A DNA stretch of 64,000 nucleotides, taken from NCBI GenBank assembly GCA_020137815.1, contig CM035360.1, positions 3,906,001 to 3,970,000 of the forward strand, in the 5' to 3' direction. The notes under the pieces are model-generated. The model was not told the origin of the DNA and ran no database searches. It saw nothing but the letters and a program-made list of their open reading frames with translations. Source of the stretch: Hormiphora californensis (taxonomy: Eukaryota > Animalia > Ctenophora). Shown one piece after another: positions 1 through 10,897 of this stretch (the stretch's first letter is position 1; each line of letters opens with the position of its first letter). A program made the position numbers and the translations under genes.

Positions 1-3000
1 CTTCTTCCTCCTCTTCATCTTCTTCCTCTTCCTCCTCATCCTAGGGAAATAGGAAACTGAGGTTGGGACGAGTGTGTTTTTCCAAACCACATCAAGAAAA
101 GAAATTGAAGGTTGTGAATAGCCAATTGATTGACATCTATTTTATAGTACCTCATCCTACAAATCACCCGGTGGCAAAAAGGAAGTTGCAACTATACCTC
201 TTCATCGATACCAGAATCTTCCTCTTCTTCTCCTTCGTCTCCGTCCTCTCCCGAATTCTCACTATCATCCTCATCATCATTCTCATCCTCAAACTTCATC
301 TTTCTCCGTTCTCTCTCTTCAAACTCGTTGTTTTTGATTGCACCTACAGAAATACAGGTGTAAGATTGTCTTGATAGCATGTCATAACTATTGGTGACAG
401 GAATATCTCTCTATTTGGTGCGGGACTGGGAGAGGAACACCCGAGGCCCACGAAACTTAGTACTGTGTCAAATACAGTCGGACCCCGATTTACCGGGCCC
501 CGATTTACCGGAACCCCGATTTACCGGGAGGATTTCTTTCCCCCGAATTTTTTTGGCCCATTTTCAACAAAAATTTCAGATTTTCGATTTTTGTGAAATG
601 TGACCTGATGAGTCTAACTGACTCTCTCCCTCTCTCTCCCTCCATGCCCCCCTAGGTCACGTGACTCGATAAGTCACGTGACTGTGCTAATCACCTACTG
701 TTGCTAAATTTAGACACTGGCGGCACACACCACCTCGTTATCCGTTACTGGAGAGGTTGGAGGTCTGAGTGCTGACGTATCGACTGTGACGTTCACGTAG
801 TATATAAGCTGGTCACTTTTCAGTTCAAATCAGTCTACTATGACTTCGATCACTATTTGCAAAGCAGAGCTGACCACTCTCGCTAACATACCCCGATCCG
901 AAACCGTTGGCAATGATGGCACCCATGATGGCAATCCAATAACTATCCGAAACAGGCAAATGAAGGGAGTAGCTTTGGGTTCCCCCTCAGCTAAATCCCA
1001 GATACTAACCGTTGGCTCAATAAAGGGTTCCCCCTCCTTTAAACAGAGACTCCTTACTTTTGGGACAAATGAGGGTTCACCTTCGTCTAAGAGACCCAGA
1101 GCTGAAGGAGGAAGAGGTGTCTCACCCTCTACTCCCAAACGTTCTAAAGTTCAGACAAATGGTTCACCTTTCATACAGAGACTCCAAGCTGCTGGCAAGA
1201 AAGGAGCCGGGGAGGCGTCACCCTCCACTCCGAAAAGAGTTCGTCTATCAATCGCCCAAAAGCGATCTGTGATATCAAGCTTCAACTCTGGTGTACCCAT
1301 TGCCCAAATTGCAGCCGAATTTGGCATCGGTAAACAGACAGTGAGTGACATCAAAGCCAAAGAATCCCAGTTAGATGCATATGAGATACTATACAGTTGT
1401 AAAAACGACAAGCGGAAGTCGTTAAAGCGTCCTTCTAGAGAGACTGTAGATGAAGCATTGTATGCGTGGGTGAGATCACAGCGTGCAGGAAATGTTCCCC
1501 TGAATGGCATGATCCTCAAGGCAAAAGCAATGTGGTTCAATACTCAGTTGGGCGGCCCTGAATCTTTTCAGGCAGCAAGCGGGTGGCTTTATAGGTTTTG
1601 TCAACGGCATGGCATTACTTTCAAAAAATCATCGGGCGAAGCTCTGGATGCTGACTCAAGTACAGCTGAAGAGTACCGTACCGAGACACTCCCTTCCCTT
1701 TTGGAGACGGAGGGAATCGAGATGGATCAGTTGTTCAATGCTGATGAGACCGGGCTGATATACAGGAAAGCTCCAACTTCCTCTTATGTGTTGGCAGAGG
1801 AGAAGGGAAATTTGCCTGGCCGAAAGCAGGCAAAAGAAAGAGTTACACTGATGGTAGGTGGGAATGCCACGGGAACTATAAAGCTCCCTTTGGTGATGAT
1901 AGGCAAGTCGAAAAAGCCACGATGCTTCAATAAGATGGCTGAGAAGGCAATCCCAGTGCGATATCGGTCACAAAAGAAAGCCTGGATGGATACAGATGTT
2001 TTCAACGATATCTTCTTCAACATATGGGTCCCGCATATTAAATGCGAGCTCAGAAAAAAGGGAATTGAGCAGAAGGCAATTATACTTGTTGATAATGCAA
2101 CATGTCATAAACAGTTGGAAAAGGATGGCATAAAAATTATATTTTTGCCTGCAAACACCACATCTTTGATTCAGCCCATGGATCAAGGAGTGATTGCCGC
2201 ATTGAAGAAGAGATACATATCCGCGTTTACTCGGTGTGTAGCTGAAAAGAGTGATGATGTTGAAGTGCACAACTTTATCCGCCAATGGAATCTGAAGGAC
2301 ACGGCCTTCATTCTTGCTGAAGCTTGGGACGCTTTAACAGAGTCGACCATGCGAAACTGTTGGAATCCCCTTTTAAATGTCCAAAACAACCAGCCTGCAA
2401 TAGATCTTCAAGCCGATGTAGATCCTGCAGTGCAACAGTGGGCCGAGGAAGCTGTTGAATGCCGAGAAGAGTTGACGGAAGAAGATATTGTTGAATCAAT
2501 TCTTCATCCGGTAGCGAATGACCCAGACTCGGATGATGAATCTGAGGAGGTTGTCGCTCCCCCAGCACCACCCTCTCAAATGATCCAAACTCTAGAATTT
2601 CTAATGGGTGAAATTGGGCAGCACCCTGATGCAAAATCATCCGACACACTGTGGATGAAAGGATGGCTTGACAGCTACAAGAAAGCTGACAGTTTGAGAC
2701 AGAAGCAGACTTCTCTGACTCAGTTTGGCCAGCTTGGCCTAACATTGACATGAACCCTGCAATTAAAATGTTGGCAAATCGAGCTGGGTGTTTAGTTTTA
2801 CCGTTGGATTTAGAGACTCCTCACATTGAGGCCAATTGCTATTTTATCATATCGTATCTTATCCCCCAAAAAAAGATTAAAAAACCAAAAAACACAAAAA
2901 AACTTTTAAGAATGGGGATTGTTGCAGTGGGGAGAGTTGTGCTGTCAACTCTACTGCAACTGTTCGTGACAGCCCCGAGTGAGTTCCCCACATTGCTCCT

Positions 3001-5977
3001 CGTTGGTCCCATTCCCGCGGGGCTGCATGTCTGATGCCCTTCAGGGTGCGGGAAACCCTGCTAAAATGCTTGTCTAGCTTTGGATTTCTTGAATGTAATG
3101 CCCGAATAAAAAGAAATTTACCAAAAATATATTTCTACGCCTAAATAATACTGCCAATGCTATTGATATACCAAGGGTGGCTTAATTCATCAATAAAACG
3201 GCTTTTTAGACGAAAATTAGGTCTTTTTTGGGTCAAAAATGCCTCTCCCCGATATACCGGGCACCCCGATTTACCGGGCAAAATGGCTTCCCCCGAGGAT
3301 CCCGGTAAATCGGGGTCCGACTGTACTTGCAACAGCAAATTTTGTAATACAAACCTTTAGCACCGGAGAAGAGTGATATCTCGGTAGTTTGTAGTTTTTC
3401 ATTGAGAGATTCCATTTGTGATGCCATCTCATCAATCAGATCATCACCCTGGCGGGGGACATGGGTATTAGGGGGGGGGGGGGGGGCGTGTCGATTTGTG
3501 ATGCCATCTCATCATTCAGGAAATACTGGTCCCTGATTGGCTGATAACCAGTCACGTGACCTAAATAAAGAGCTCTGATTGGTTGTTTACTTGGTCCGGT
3601 CGGTTCCTGCACTGCAGGTATACCTCATTTTTCTTTTGTCGTTCTAAATCCTGGATATAAATAGCGTCCTTGTCAAATATCAACCCTCCAACCCCAGCCA
3701 TGGGTCCATACAGCAGCCTCTCTTTTTCGTCAAGGGTCCTGGAATTGGAGATGCCGTTGAAACTTTGGTTACGAAATAACCCCTCTCGCGACCTCCGTGC
3801 ACATTGGCACTTGTGAGTGGTAACTTCGTAACCAAGTTGAAACTCCAACATAACAATATAGAGTGTTCGCACGATGACCCAGCAGAAGATATGATCTTCT
3901 ACAGCTTCGAACAACCTAAAGTGAAGCAAGTAAACCTTACCTTCTCTTGGAGCCTTCCTTTTTTCCAGGTGCAGGACAGGGGTCAGGAAGAAGGGCAATA
4001 TCAGCGACTGGATAATCACCAACACCACACACATGGACAGAGCTATCTTGGAGCATGTTTGCACCTGTACACAGAGAGAGAGAGAGAGGGGGGGGGGGTC
4101 GTGAGATATCTGTCTCAACGAAGCATCAAGTATCAAACATCTCTGTCTCTACTCTCTGTCTCTGTCTCTGTCTCTGTCTCTGTCTCTGTCTCTGTCTCTG
4201 TCTCTGTCCCTCTCTCTGTCTCTGTCTCTCTCTCTCCCTCTTTATCTCCCTACCTCTCATCCACCCATATAGGGCGACACTTCTGTCACATTTGTGGTCC
4301 TTGTGGAGGACCTCTGGGGCGGTCATATCCTCAACTCGATCTACTACCATGTAGGGGTGGGCCGCACGCCAAGACAGAACCTGGGGAAAGAAGAGGTAAG
4401 GGGTGGGCCGCACGCCAAGACAGAACCTGGGGAAAGAAGAGGTAAGGGGTGGGCCGCACGCCAAGACAGAACCTGGGGAAAGAAGATGTAAGGGGTGGGC
4501 CGCACGCCAAGACAGAACCTGGGGAAAGAAGATGTAAGGGGTGAGCTGCAAAAAGAGTGTTGTGAAAATGAGTAGTCGAGAAAGTGATTTATAAACCAAT
4601 TCCAATTACAGATTTTACACCCTATTACATCGAGATACGAAACATCGCAATAGACACCAACCTTAAACTTCATGACAGAAATAAACCGAGCGAGGTTCAG
4701 GATCTCCCGATTGTTGTACAGATCAAAACTCATTGAGCTAAGATAGAACAACTTGGCTCCCTGGTAAACTTCAGTCCAGAAACGGTGTTTCAGGGTCCGT
4801 TTCGTCTTGTTCATGCTCTTTCCGCCCTTCAATTGGTCCAGGTGGGTGAGGACTCCCATCACACGAGGCAAGCCATGCGCCTGGAAGAGAGGGAGGGGAT
4901 TTGGAGGGGGTTTAGAGGAATCCAGAGAGTTAAAAACAAAAAAACGGTGATGTGGGGGTGATGTGCTTATTTTAGAAAAAGTTGTTAATAAAAACCTGTG
5001 CGATGTTGAGGAACTCAAATATTTCCATCTCGAACCCAAAGTTTGCATCAACCAACAGGAGAACAAGATCTGCAACCTTGGCTACGTCAATCATCGAGCT
5101 GATGTCATTAGGGCACTCAATGAATGTGACACGTCGGTTTTTACCCGTTACAACTGTCAGTGGTCCCTGGAGAAAAGGTGGGTATTTAGATTATACAGTG
5201 GGACACCCTGTAGAATGTTGCCTTGTTTGCCTTGTTCGACCCTCCCTCCCTCCCCGCGCCCCGCGATTTTTTTTATAAAATAAAATAAAAAGGTTTGAAC
5301 AAAAGAAGTAGAATGATGGTATCAGCTGTCTCCTGGTGTTGAGTAGTAGACTCAACAAGTCTCTTTCTCACTCCGAACAATTGTTTTGTATCGGCATCTT
5401 TTGAACATTATGCAAATCAAATGCCAATTATTCATTCCCCTCTTTCCCTCTCCAACCCATTATTTCTTGTGAGACAGGGAGAGAGGGTCGAACAAGGCAA
5501 ATTATTTCTTTTGAGACAAACCCAAAACCCTACCTTTACTTGAACGTTTTGCTTGGTATAATGTTTCACGAGTGACTTGATAAGGGTCGTTTTGCCGACC
5601 CGGGGAGGCCCCACCACTGCCACACAAGTAGGAGGTGGCTCTACCGGGGTCCTGTCCACATCGGGTACGTGGTGTCTCTTGGTCTGAGCATCCAAGGCAC
5701 GGTGTACCAGCCGAGTTGTTTTATTTACTGCCTAGATATGGAGATTGAAGCGTTAAAAACAAAGAGTTGGTTTTTAGTTTTACCGAACCTTTATTCTCGT
5801 GGACTGAGACAGTTAAATCTGGTGAATGCTGTTAACCTGGAAAGAGAAAGCTTTGGGGTTCCGTTTCTTCGGGTCGTCACTGGTAGGTCCTTCTTCCTCA
5901 ACTTTCCTCCTTTTCTTCTTGTTAACTCTGGCACCCGACTGCCGCTTTTTGTGAGACCGCTGTGAGTCGTCTTCCAT
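1..5977 (-). CDS. BMS1: Ribosome biogenesis GTPase BMS1, multi-exon, continues beyond window start
   Basis: Manually spliced exons read MEDDSQRSHKKRQSG...KRNPKAFSFQ|AVNK...HHVPDVDRTPVEPPPTCVAVVGPPRVGKTT (P-loop), GPLTVVTGKNRRVTFIEC...DLVLLLVDANFGFEMEIFEFLNI, HGLPRVMGVLTHLD...LKHRFWTEVYQGAKLFYLS and RTLDEKERLLYGPMAGVGGLIFDKDAIY, all characteristic of BMS1. Acidic exons lie at about 190-345 and 1-41. Introns are GT-AG. Confidence 0.95.
475..3323 (+). mobile_element. Full-length Tigger/pogo DNA transposon in a BMS1 intron
   Basis: TA at 473-474 and 3324-3325. Terminal inverted repeats CAGTCGGACCCCGATTTACCGGG / CCCGGTAAATCGGGGTCCGACTG, with repeated CCCCGATTTACCGG motifs at both ends. Encloses an intact transposase ORF. 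Confidence 0.95.
840..2753 (+). CDS. Tigger/pogo-family transposase (CENP-B-type HTH plus DDE_1), 637 aa
   Basis: HTH IAAEFGIGKQTVSDI, FQAASGWLYRFCQRHGI, and catalytic FNADETG / LVDNATCH / IQPMDQGVI (29 residues between the second and third Asp, DD29D). C-terminal QKQTSLTQF resembles the PIP box typical of pogo elements. Confidence 0.95.
   Translation: MTSITICKAELTTLANIPRSETVGNDGTHDGNPITIRNRQMKGVALGSPSAKSQILTVGSIKGSPSFKQRLLTFGTNEGSPSSKRPRAEGGRGVSPSTPKRSKVQTNGSPFIQRLQAAGKKGAGEASPSTPKRVRLSIAQKRSVISSFNSGVPIAQIAAEFGIGKQTVSDIKAKESQLDAYEILYSCKNDKRKSLKRPSRETVDEALYAWVRSQRAGNVPLNGMILKAKAMWFNTQLGGPESFQAASGWLYRFCQRHGITFKKSSGEALDADSSTAEEYRTETLPSLLETEGIEMDQLFNADETGLIYRKAPTSSYVLAEEKGNLPGRKQAKERVTLMVGGNATGTIKLPLVMIGKSKKPRCFNKMAEKAIPVRYRSQKKAWMDTDVFNDIFFNIWVPHIKCELRKKGIEQKAIILVDNATCHKQLEKDGIKIIFLPANTTSLIQPMDQGVIAALKKRYISAFTRCVAEKSDDVEVHNFIRQWNLKDTAFILAEAWDALTESTMRNCWNPLLNVQNNQPAIDLQADVDPAVQQWAEEAVECREELTEEDIVESILHPVANDPDSDDESEEVVAPPAPPSQMIQTLEFLMGEIGQHPDAKSSDTLWMKGWLDSYKKADSLRQKQTSLTQFGQLGLTLT
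3516..3609. mobile_element. Partial hAT-like MITE (same family as 16819-16927)
   Basis: Near-identical to the 46668-46776 copy. One end is missing. Confidence 0.8.
4351..4543 (-). repeat. 46-bp tandem repeat x4 spanning a BMS1 intron/exon boundary
   Basis: GCCGCACG recurs at 4361, 4407, 4453 and 4499. Each unit contains a pyrimidine tract, CAG and the first codons (VLSWRAAHP) of the exon. Confidence 0.95.
5227..5500. mobile_element. MITE-like element with TTGCCTTGTTCGACCCT termini in a BMS1 intron
   Basis: Inverted termini at 5227 and 5500. Related ends occur at about 13575-13690, 26550 and 48760. Confidence 0.65.
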
Positions 5978-6590
5978 CTCAATACATAAAGGGAGGTGAT
6001 TAGGGAAGGTAATTAGAGGGGTGATTAGAGGGGTAATTTAATTACCGTAATTAAGTGATCATACCAGAAGGGAGAGAGGGTTCGGGGCGAGTTAAACGCA
6101 GTTAGTATAGAAAACTTGTATGATTCAAAATGGTAATAAATAAATCACAGAACGTAGAAGGATGGAATTAGTCCACTTATGATGTACTATCAGTGATAGT
6201 ATCACGGCATAGTTAAACTATGTAGTACACCATGAACCGCCAAGAAGGCGCCACTAATATCTGGCTCTAACCTGAAAAGGGGGAATCATTAGAACTAGGA
6301 AATAAAATACAAACTACAACGGAATAGAAGTAGTAAAGTAACACAAACAGACAGAATACACAGAATAGACAGGAGGATATACCGACGTCTGTGCCACACA
6401 CAAGGCGGTCATTTGGTGGGGTGTGCGCGAAGTAACCAACTAAAACCTATTCGCGCGCTACGCAACAAACTGCGCCAAAGTGTGACCGATGGCAAAATTC
6501 GAGACTCAAACCCCAAGTAAACGATTTTATAACCTGGGGTTTGAATTGATACAATTTCTACATTTCAACCCACTTTAAGAGGAAGATTAT

Positions 6591-7075
6591 CTAGGCATTC
6601 TTAGTTGCAGCGGCAGCGGCGGCCTGAGCATTCAGCTTATCTGATGGGAGAAAAAACATTAGATTCAATCTAAGAAATAACTCAATACCAAATAGTGGGA
6701 GACACTAGCGTGGTACGCGCAAAAAAATGCGCGCCACACCAATTATCATAATCGATCATATCTCCGGTTCCTGATGAGCTACAGAAATTGTTTGCGTACC
6801 GTTGGATAGGGAATTTCATTGCCCATCGAATGGCGCCAGTTTGAAGTCTTTATCTCATCAGGAACAGGAGTTATGGGCCAAAACGAAATTGGTGTGGCGC
6901 GCATTTTTTTGCGCGTACCACGCTAGTGTCTCCCACTAAAAAGTTTCTCTTTGAAGTTAAAAGCCCAGTTAAAATAACATTTTAAATACCTACTTTTCTT
7001 CCTAGCTCCGTACATGATACCCAGGGCAAGGAAAGACCACCGGGACACTTTAACAATAGGGGCCACTTGAGACAT
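6591..7075 (-). CDS. ATP5ME: Mitochondrial ATP synthase subunit e, 2 exons (7075-6994, 6640-6591), 43 aa
   Basis: Spliced product MSQVAPIVKVSRWSFLALGIMYGARKKNKLNAQAAAAAATKNA* has the subunit-e pattern (P-I-V-K-x-x-R-W-S-x-L-x-L-G-x-x-Y-G, GxxxG). Donor GTAGGT and acceptor CATCAG. Confidence 0.8.
6693..6938. mobile_element. MITE with ~60-bp inverted repeats in the ATP5ME intron
   Basis: TAGTGGGAGACACTAGCGTGGTACGCGCAAAAAAATGCGCGCCACACCAATT and its exact reverse complement ending at 6938. Confidence 0.85.
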
Positions 7076-7716
7076 TCTACCTTTTAGAAGTGGAGATAGA
7101 GAGAGGTAGAGAGGTAGAGAGGTAGAGAGAGGTAGAGAAAGGTAGAGAGGTAGAGAGAGGTAGAGAGGTAGAGAGAGGTAGAGAGAGGTGGGTGTTAAAT
7201 ACAATGTGACACACTTTTACAACAATGATCTGAGAATTGGAAGTTGTTCAACTTTAATCATGTTAATGGAATTTGGCAGTAAATGGGCTTCAATTAGTAG
7301 TGGCAATTGTAATGATAATGACATATATCAATTTTCCTCAGAAGAACAGAAGATCAGAAGAACAGCCGCGGCATTATGCAACAATTTAGTAAACAATTCG
7401 GTAAAGTTAAACTACCACACATAATATGCACACATATTAGCACTGTAATCTCAACCTTCTAGGAAATATTAGTGTCGGTCTTGTGGCTGCGGGCTTCTCT
7501 CTGATTTCGTTATCATGCTGCCGTCTCCATGTCTTCAGGCGATGAGACCCATCTTTCTCATGGTCATTATGTGATCTGGCCTTGGGTTTTTATCACGTGT
7601 TCTTGAGTTTGAAAACCAACATCGCATAGGTAATGTCTTAGTTGCAGTTGATAGTTGTCAACCCATTATGCCTCGCTGATTTCTGATATATCTGATATAG
7701 TCAGTGACTATCATCT

Positions 7717-9348
7717 TCATGATTGTTCTGCGACCCGTTCTAGGAGCTGCACATACAGTTCCCTAACTTGTTCAGAATGATTATCAGCAGGCTTGATCCC
7801 TTCCACAACTGCACTAGCATGTTCAGCCGGGAGGTGACCATGGACAGTCCATAACAACCTCAGCACATGTCGTATCACCACTTCATCACTACAGTACTTT
7901 GTTAAGAACTCATTGAATACTGCCCTAGCAAACTCAGTGTTGCCCCATTCTACAGATGTATATTGTAACAGGTGTGATACTAACACATGCACAAATACCT
8001 CATCTAGTTCTGAGATGGAATCAGGGATCAGGGGTAGGAGTTGCTTGAGGCGATCCAGAGATTTCTGTTGTGCTAGCGTGGCGATGTAGTAGAGAAGGAG
8101 ACGGCGTGTTAGACGATCTTTAGCAGTGCATGATACTAAGTTTAGTGCCGCGGCGTCCTTGTACCGGGTGCCCATCTCAGAAGCCATGACATCTTCAACA
8201 AGGCAACACATCAATAACGGGACATTCTCTTTGAGGGTTATTTTACTGAGTTTAGGTTCATCGGTTGAGTCAGAATCAACAATCTGCCACGCGTTGATAC
8301 CCAGGTTTATCAACTTTAACAAAAAGTGTAGTTTCTCATCAGACCGGGGTAGAGTCTCTGATTCTACCATAGCGTGTAGACAACTGAACACCTCCTTACA
8401 CAGAACCTGTAGAACATAAGGGTCCGCCAGGATGATAGCAGTATCAGCGAGGTGCTCCGTACTTTCTGTCAGGGTCTTGGTATAGAACTCTCTCAGCTTG
8501 GGAAGGATTTTATCCTGAATTCGCTTCTCGTTAACAGCGTACTGGATATAAAACGCGAAATCATGGCACGGATCCTGTTTGTAGATGTCCTGGATCTTAC
8601 AGTCGTGGAAGCACATCAACATGTCGGATCGGAGGGTACAAAAGTGTGCCGTTTTGTTTCTCTGGTACAGTGTTTTAACGAACATTAGCATCATTTGGTA
8701 GAGGGGGAATGAGAGGCCAATCATATCTTTTAGCTGCTGTATAACTGGGGATTCCCGCCTTTTACGGGGTGCTAGGGCAAAGAATGGCGCTACGGGGGAA
8801 CTATTTTCACCGCTCTTGTGAAGTTCTATGTCCTTCTCCCAGATGTATTTGTTCAGTATGGGCCTGACCTCATCCCCAAATAGCCCCTGATGATTCTCCC
8901 ATACCTGCCGTTTCACCTCAATCGAACACTGCTGATACACCTCCGGTAGCCCCGCAACTTTCTTGAGATAATGGGCAGGAACCGGGTTGAGACGTTTCAT
9001 AATCTCCAACACAACAGGGCTAAGTTCTTTATGGCTGATCTGGGAGAATGCGTGTTTCAGCAGTTTCTCGAGTTGTTCCCTGCCCAGGTTGTCCAAGTTG
9101 ACACTCAGCCGGTCAAGGAGCAGCTTGATAACAGAGTGGTGAAACTGGACACGGGAAATACAGTGGAGGTCAAGGAGAGGGAGGACGGGTTCCAAGGAAG
9201 CCATTTGGAGGCCGTTTTCCAGTTGGAATTGGTTGATTGCAGTGATGGGGTTCTCGCACGAACTGAACATTTCACGGATAAAGGTGGCATCTGGGATTGA
9301 AACTTTCATCTTTTTACTGCTCCCAGCCGCAGCCGCAGTGCTCGTCAT
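7717..9348 (-). CDS. NELFB: Negative elongation factor B (COBRA1), intronless, 543 aa
   Basis: NPITAINQFQLENGL..LEPVLPLLDLH..SRVQFHHSV, EVKRQVWENHQGLFGDEVRP and HFCTLRSDMLMCFHD...DPCHDF match NELF-B hallmark segments. Confidence 0.92.
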   Translation of the reverse strand: MTSTAAAAGSSKKMKVSIPDATFIREMFSSCENPITAINQFQLENGLQMASLEPVLPLLDLHCISRVQFHHSVIKLLLDRLSVNLDNLGREQLEKLLKHAFSQISHKELSPVVLEIMKRLNPVPAHYLKKVAGLPEVYQQCSIEVKRQVWENHQGLFGDEVRPILNKYIWEKDIELHKSGENSSPVAPFFALAPRKRRESPVIQQLKDMIGLSFPLYQMMLMFVKTLYQRNKTAHFCTLRSDMLMCFHDCKIQDIYKQDPCHDFAFYIQYAVNEKRIQDKILPKLREFYTKTLTESTEHLADTAIILADPYVLQVLCKEVFSCLHAMVESETLPRSDEKLHFLLKLINLGINAWQIVDSDSTDEPKLSKITLKENVPLLMCCLVEDVMASEMGTRYKDAAALNLVSCTAKDRLTRRLLLYYIATLAQQKSLDRLKQLLPLIPDSISELDEVFVHVLVSHLLQYTSVEWGNTEFARAVFNEFLTKYCSDEVVIRHVLRLLWTVHGHLPAEHASAVVEGIKPADNHSEQVRELYVQLLERVAEQS

Positions 9349-9358
9349 TGTGGGGGTC

Positions 9359-9382
9359 CTAGTGGGGAGAAGGGAGGGTTAG
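9359..9382 (-). promoter_or_regulatory. Unpaired 3' splice acceptor before the NELF-B ATG (candidate trans-splice site)
   Basis: Minus strand CTAACCCTCCCTTCTCCCCACTAG|GACCCCCACAATG: branch-point-like CTAAC, pyrimidine tract and AG, 10 nt before the ATG. Confidence 0.6.
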
Positions 9383-9557
9383 ATGAAGTGAGATAAGATA
9401 TCACTGTAAAACAGCAAAATATTAAGACACGTTGAAGATACATAACTGATAAACGAAGAAAAATAATCGTATGAAACTACAAAATCAAATGTCAAAATTC
9501 AAAATTCAAAAAAAAACACTTTCCAAATCAAATCAAACTACAAAATTATAAAACATT

Positions 9558-10607
9558 TTAAAATGGTTCAGTTTGTCCATGATTGAACGTTACAAAATTA
9601 AAACCATCATCACCAAGTATCTCCAACTCGTAATCCAGTTCCAACTTTGGGTCCATATAGAACTCCTTACCCATCGCGAAGGTACCCCAGTGTATACCAA
9701 TAGAAAACTTACTCTGTACATCTTTGTGAACCTTGATAGCTTCAACAGGACCAATGTGCTGAAATTCAAGGTATTGCCGGGGTTTGTATGCACCAATAGG
9801 GATGAGGGAGAGGTCAAAGGGACCTAGATGATGCCCAATTTGGTTGAAAATCCGATCATTGTAGCCTGTATCCCCAGCAAAATAAACCGATTTCTCTGGA
9901 GTGGATATTGTCCAACCAGCCCAAAGAGAATGATTTCTATCAAACCCATTTCTCATTGACCAATGCTGTGCAGGAACACATGTGAACTTCACTTTCGTCC
10001 TATTTCCAAACTCAACTTCCCTGTCTTCCCACCAATTCAACTCAAACACGCTATCCTTTGTGACCCATCTCGTGAACCAACCCTTTAGGCCCAGCGGAAC
10101 AAAAACCTTAACTTGAGGGAACTTCGCCACAATCTCGGTCACACTTTTGTAGTCCAAATGATCAAAATGGTTATGACTAATGAGCACAACATCTATCTGG
10201 GGAAGATCCTGAAGAGGGATTCCTGAGTCACGATAACGCTTTCTGGTCCTATGAAACACAGGGTCAGTTAGAATGAACACACCCCCAAGCTTGATGAGAC
10301 AGGAAGCATGACCTATCCAGGAAATAAGATTTGGAAGTTTCTCCGAGGGCAACTTTCCCCTCCAACTATTCCGATCGATCGGTAATGTCCTGTCTAGCTC
10401 CTCTGGGTCCTCCGGGAGGTTCGTTTCCGACTTTGTCCGTACATACTGGAACATCTCCCACTTTGAGAGGAACCGGAACTCAGGAAACGGGTTTTGGAAC
10501 ACGCCATCTATTCGCTCAATTGTCGCCTTGTCCGTAGATTTAGATGACACATCAGTGGCCATGAGCAGTGCAAGAAAGGCGGCAGGTAAGACACAGACGA
10601 AGGACAT
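9558..10607 (-). CDS. NAPE-PLD-like metallo-beta-lactamase-fold hydrolase, paralog 1, with predicted signal peptide
   Basis: SHNHFDH (HxHxDH), PAQHWSMR, YFAGDTGY, IPIGAYKPR and IHWGTF motifs. The likely start is ATG 10607 (MSFVCVLPAAFLALLMA), just after an acceptor at 10619-20, rather than the ORF-track start. Confidence 0.88.
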   Translation of the reverse strand: MSFVCVLPAAFLALLMATDVSSKSTDKATIERIDGVFQNPFPEFRFLSKWEMFQYVRTKSETNLPEDPEELDRTLPIDRNSWRGKLPSEKLPNLISWIGHASCLIKLGGVFILTDPVFHRTRKRYRDSGIPLQDLPQIDVVLISHNHFDHLDYKSVTEIVAKFPQVKVFVPLGLKGWFTRWVTKDSVFELNWWEDREVEFGNRTKVKFTCVPAQHWSMRNGFDRNHSLWAGWTISTPEKSVYFAGDTGYNDRIFNQIGHHLGPFDLSLIPIGAYKPRQYLEFQHIGPVEAIKVHKDVQSKFSIGIHWGTFAMGKEFYMDPKLELDYELEILGDDGFNFVTFNHGQTEPF

Positions 10608-10897
10608 GCAGCACACTTCTAGGGATTGTGTTTGTTTAGATAACATTCCCATAACATTATGACGTATTGGTGGTGGCAGCGGGTGAACAAACAAATAAAA
10701 ACTCCGTTTATAGATTAAAAAACCACCAATTTAAATGACAACAATACCCTAACAAAATTGTGATTAACCCAAACAAATCAATGAAATATAAACAAATAAT
10801 GAAACAAAACTAAGGCATCCAGCACATATTATGTACAACAAACTAACAATTAACTAATCCAGCACCTATTACGACAAACAAATAACTAATTATGTCT

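Noticed and set aside
830-2751. Antisense and alternate-frame ORFs over the transposase (likewise over NELF-B, the NAPE-PLDs and the GPCR)
   Set aside because: Shadow ORFs of real coding sequence with no independent motifs.
10608-10694. N-terminal extension of NAPE-PLD paralog 1 given in the ORF track
   Set aside because: The track start is non-ATG and lies upstream of an acceptor at 10619-20. ATG 10607 gives a better signal peptide.
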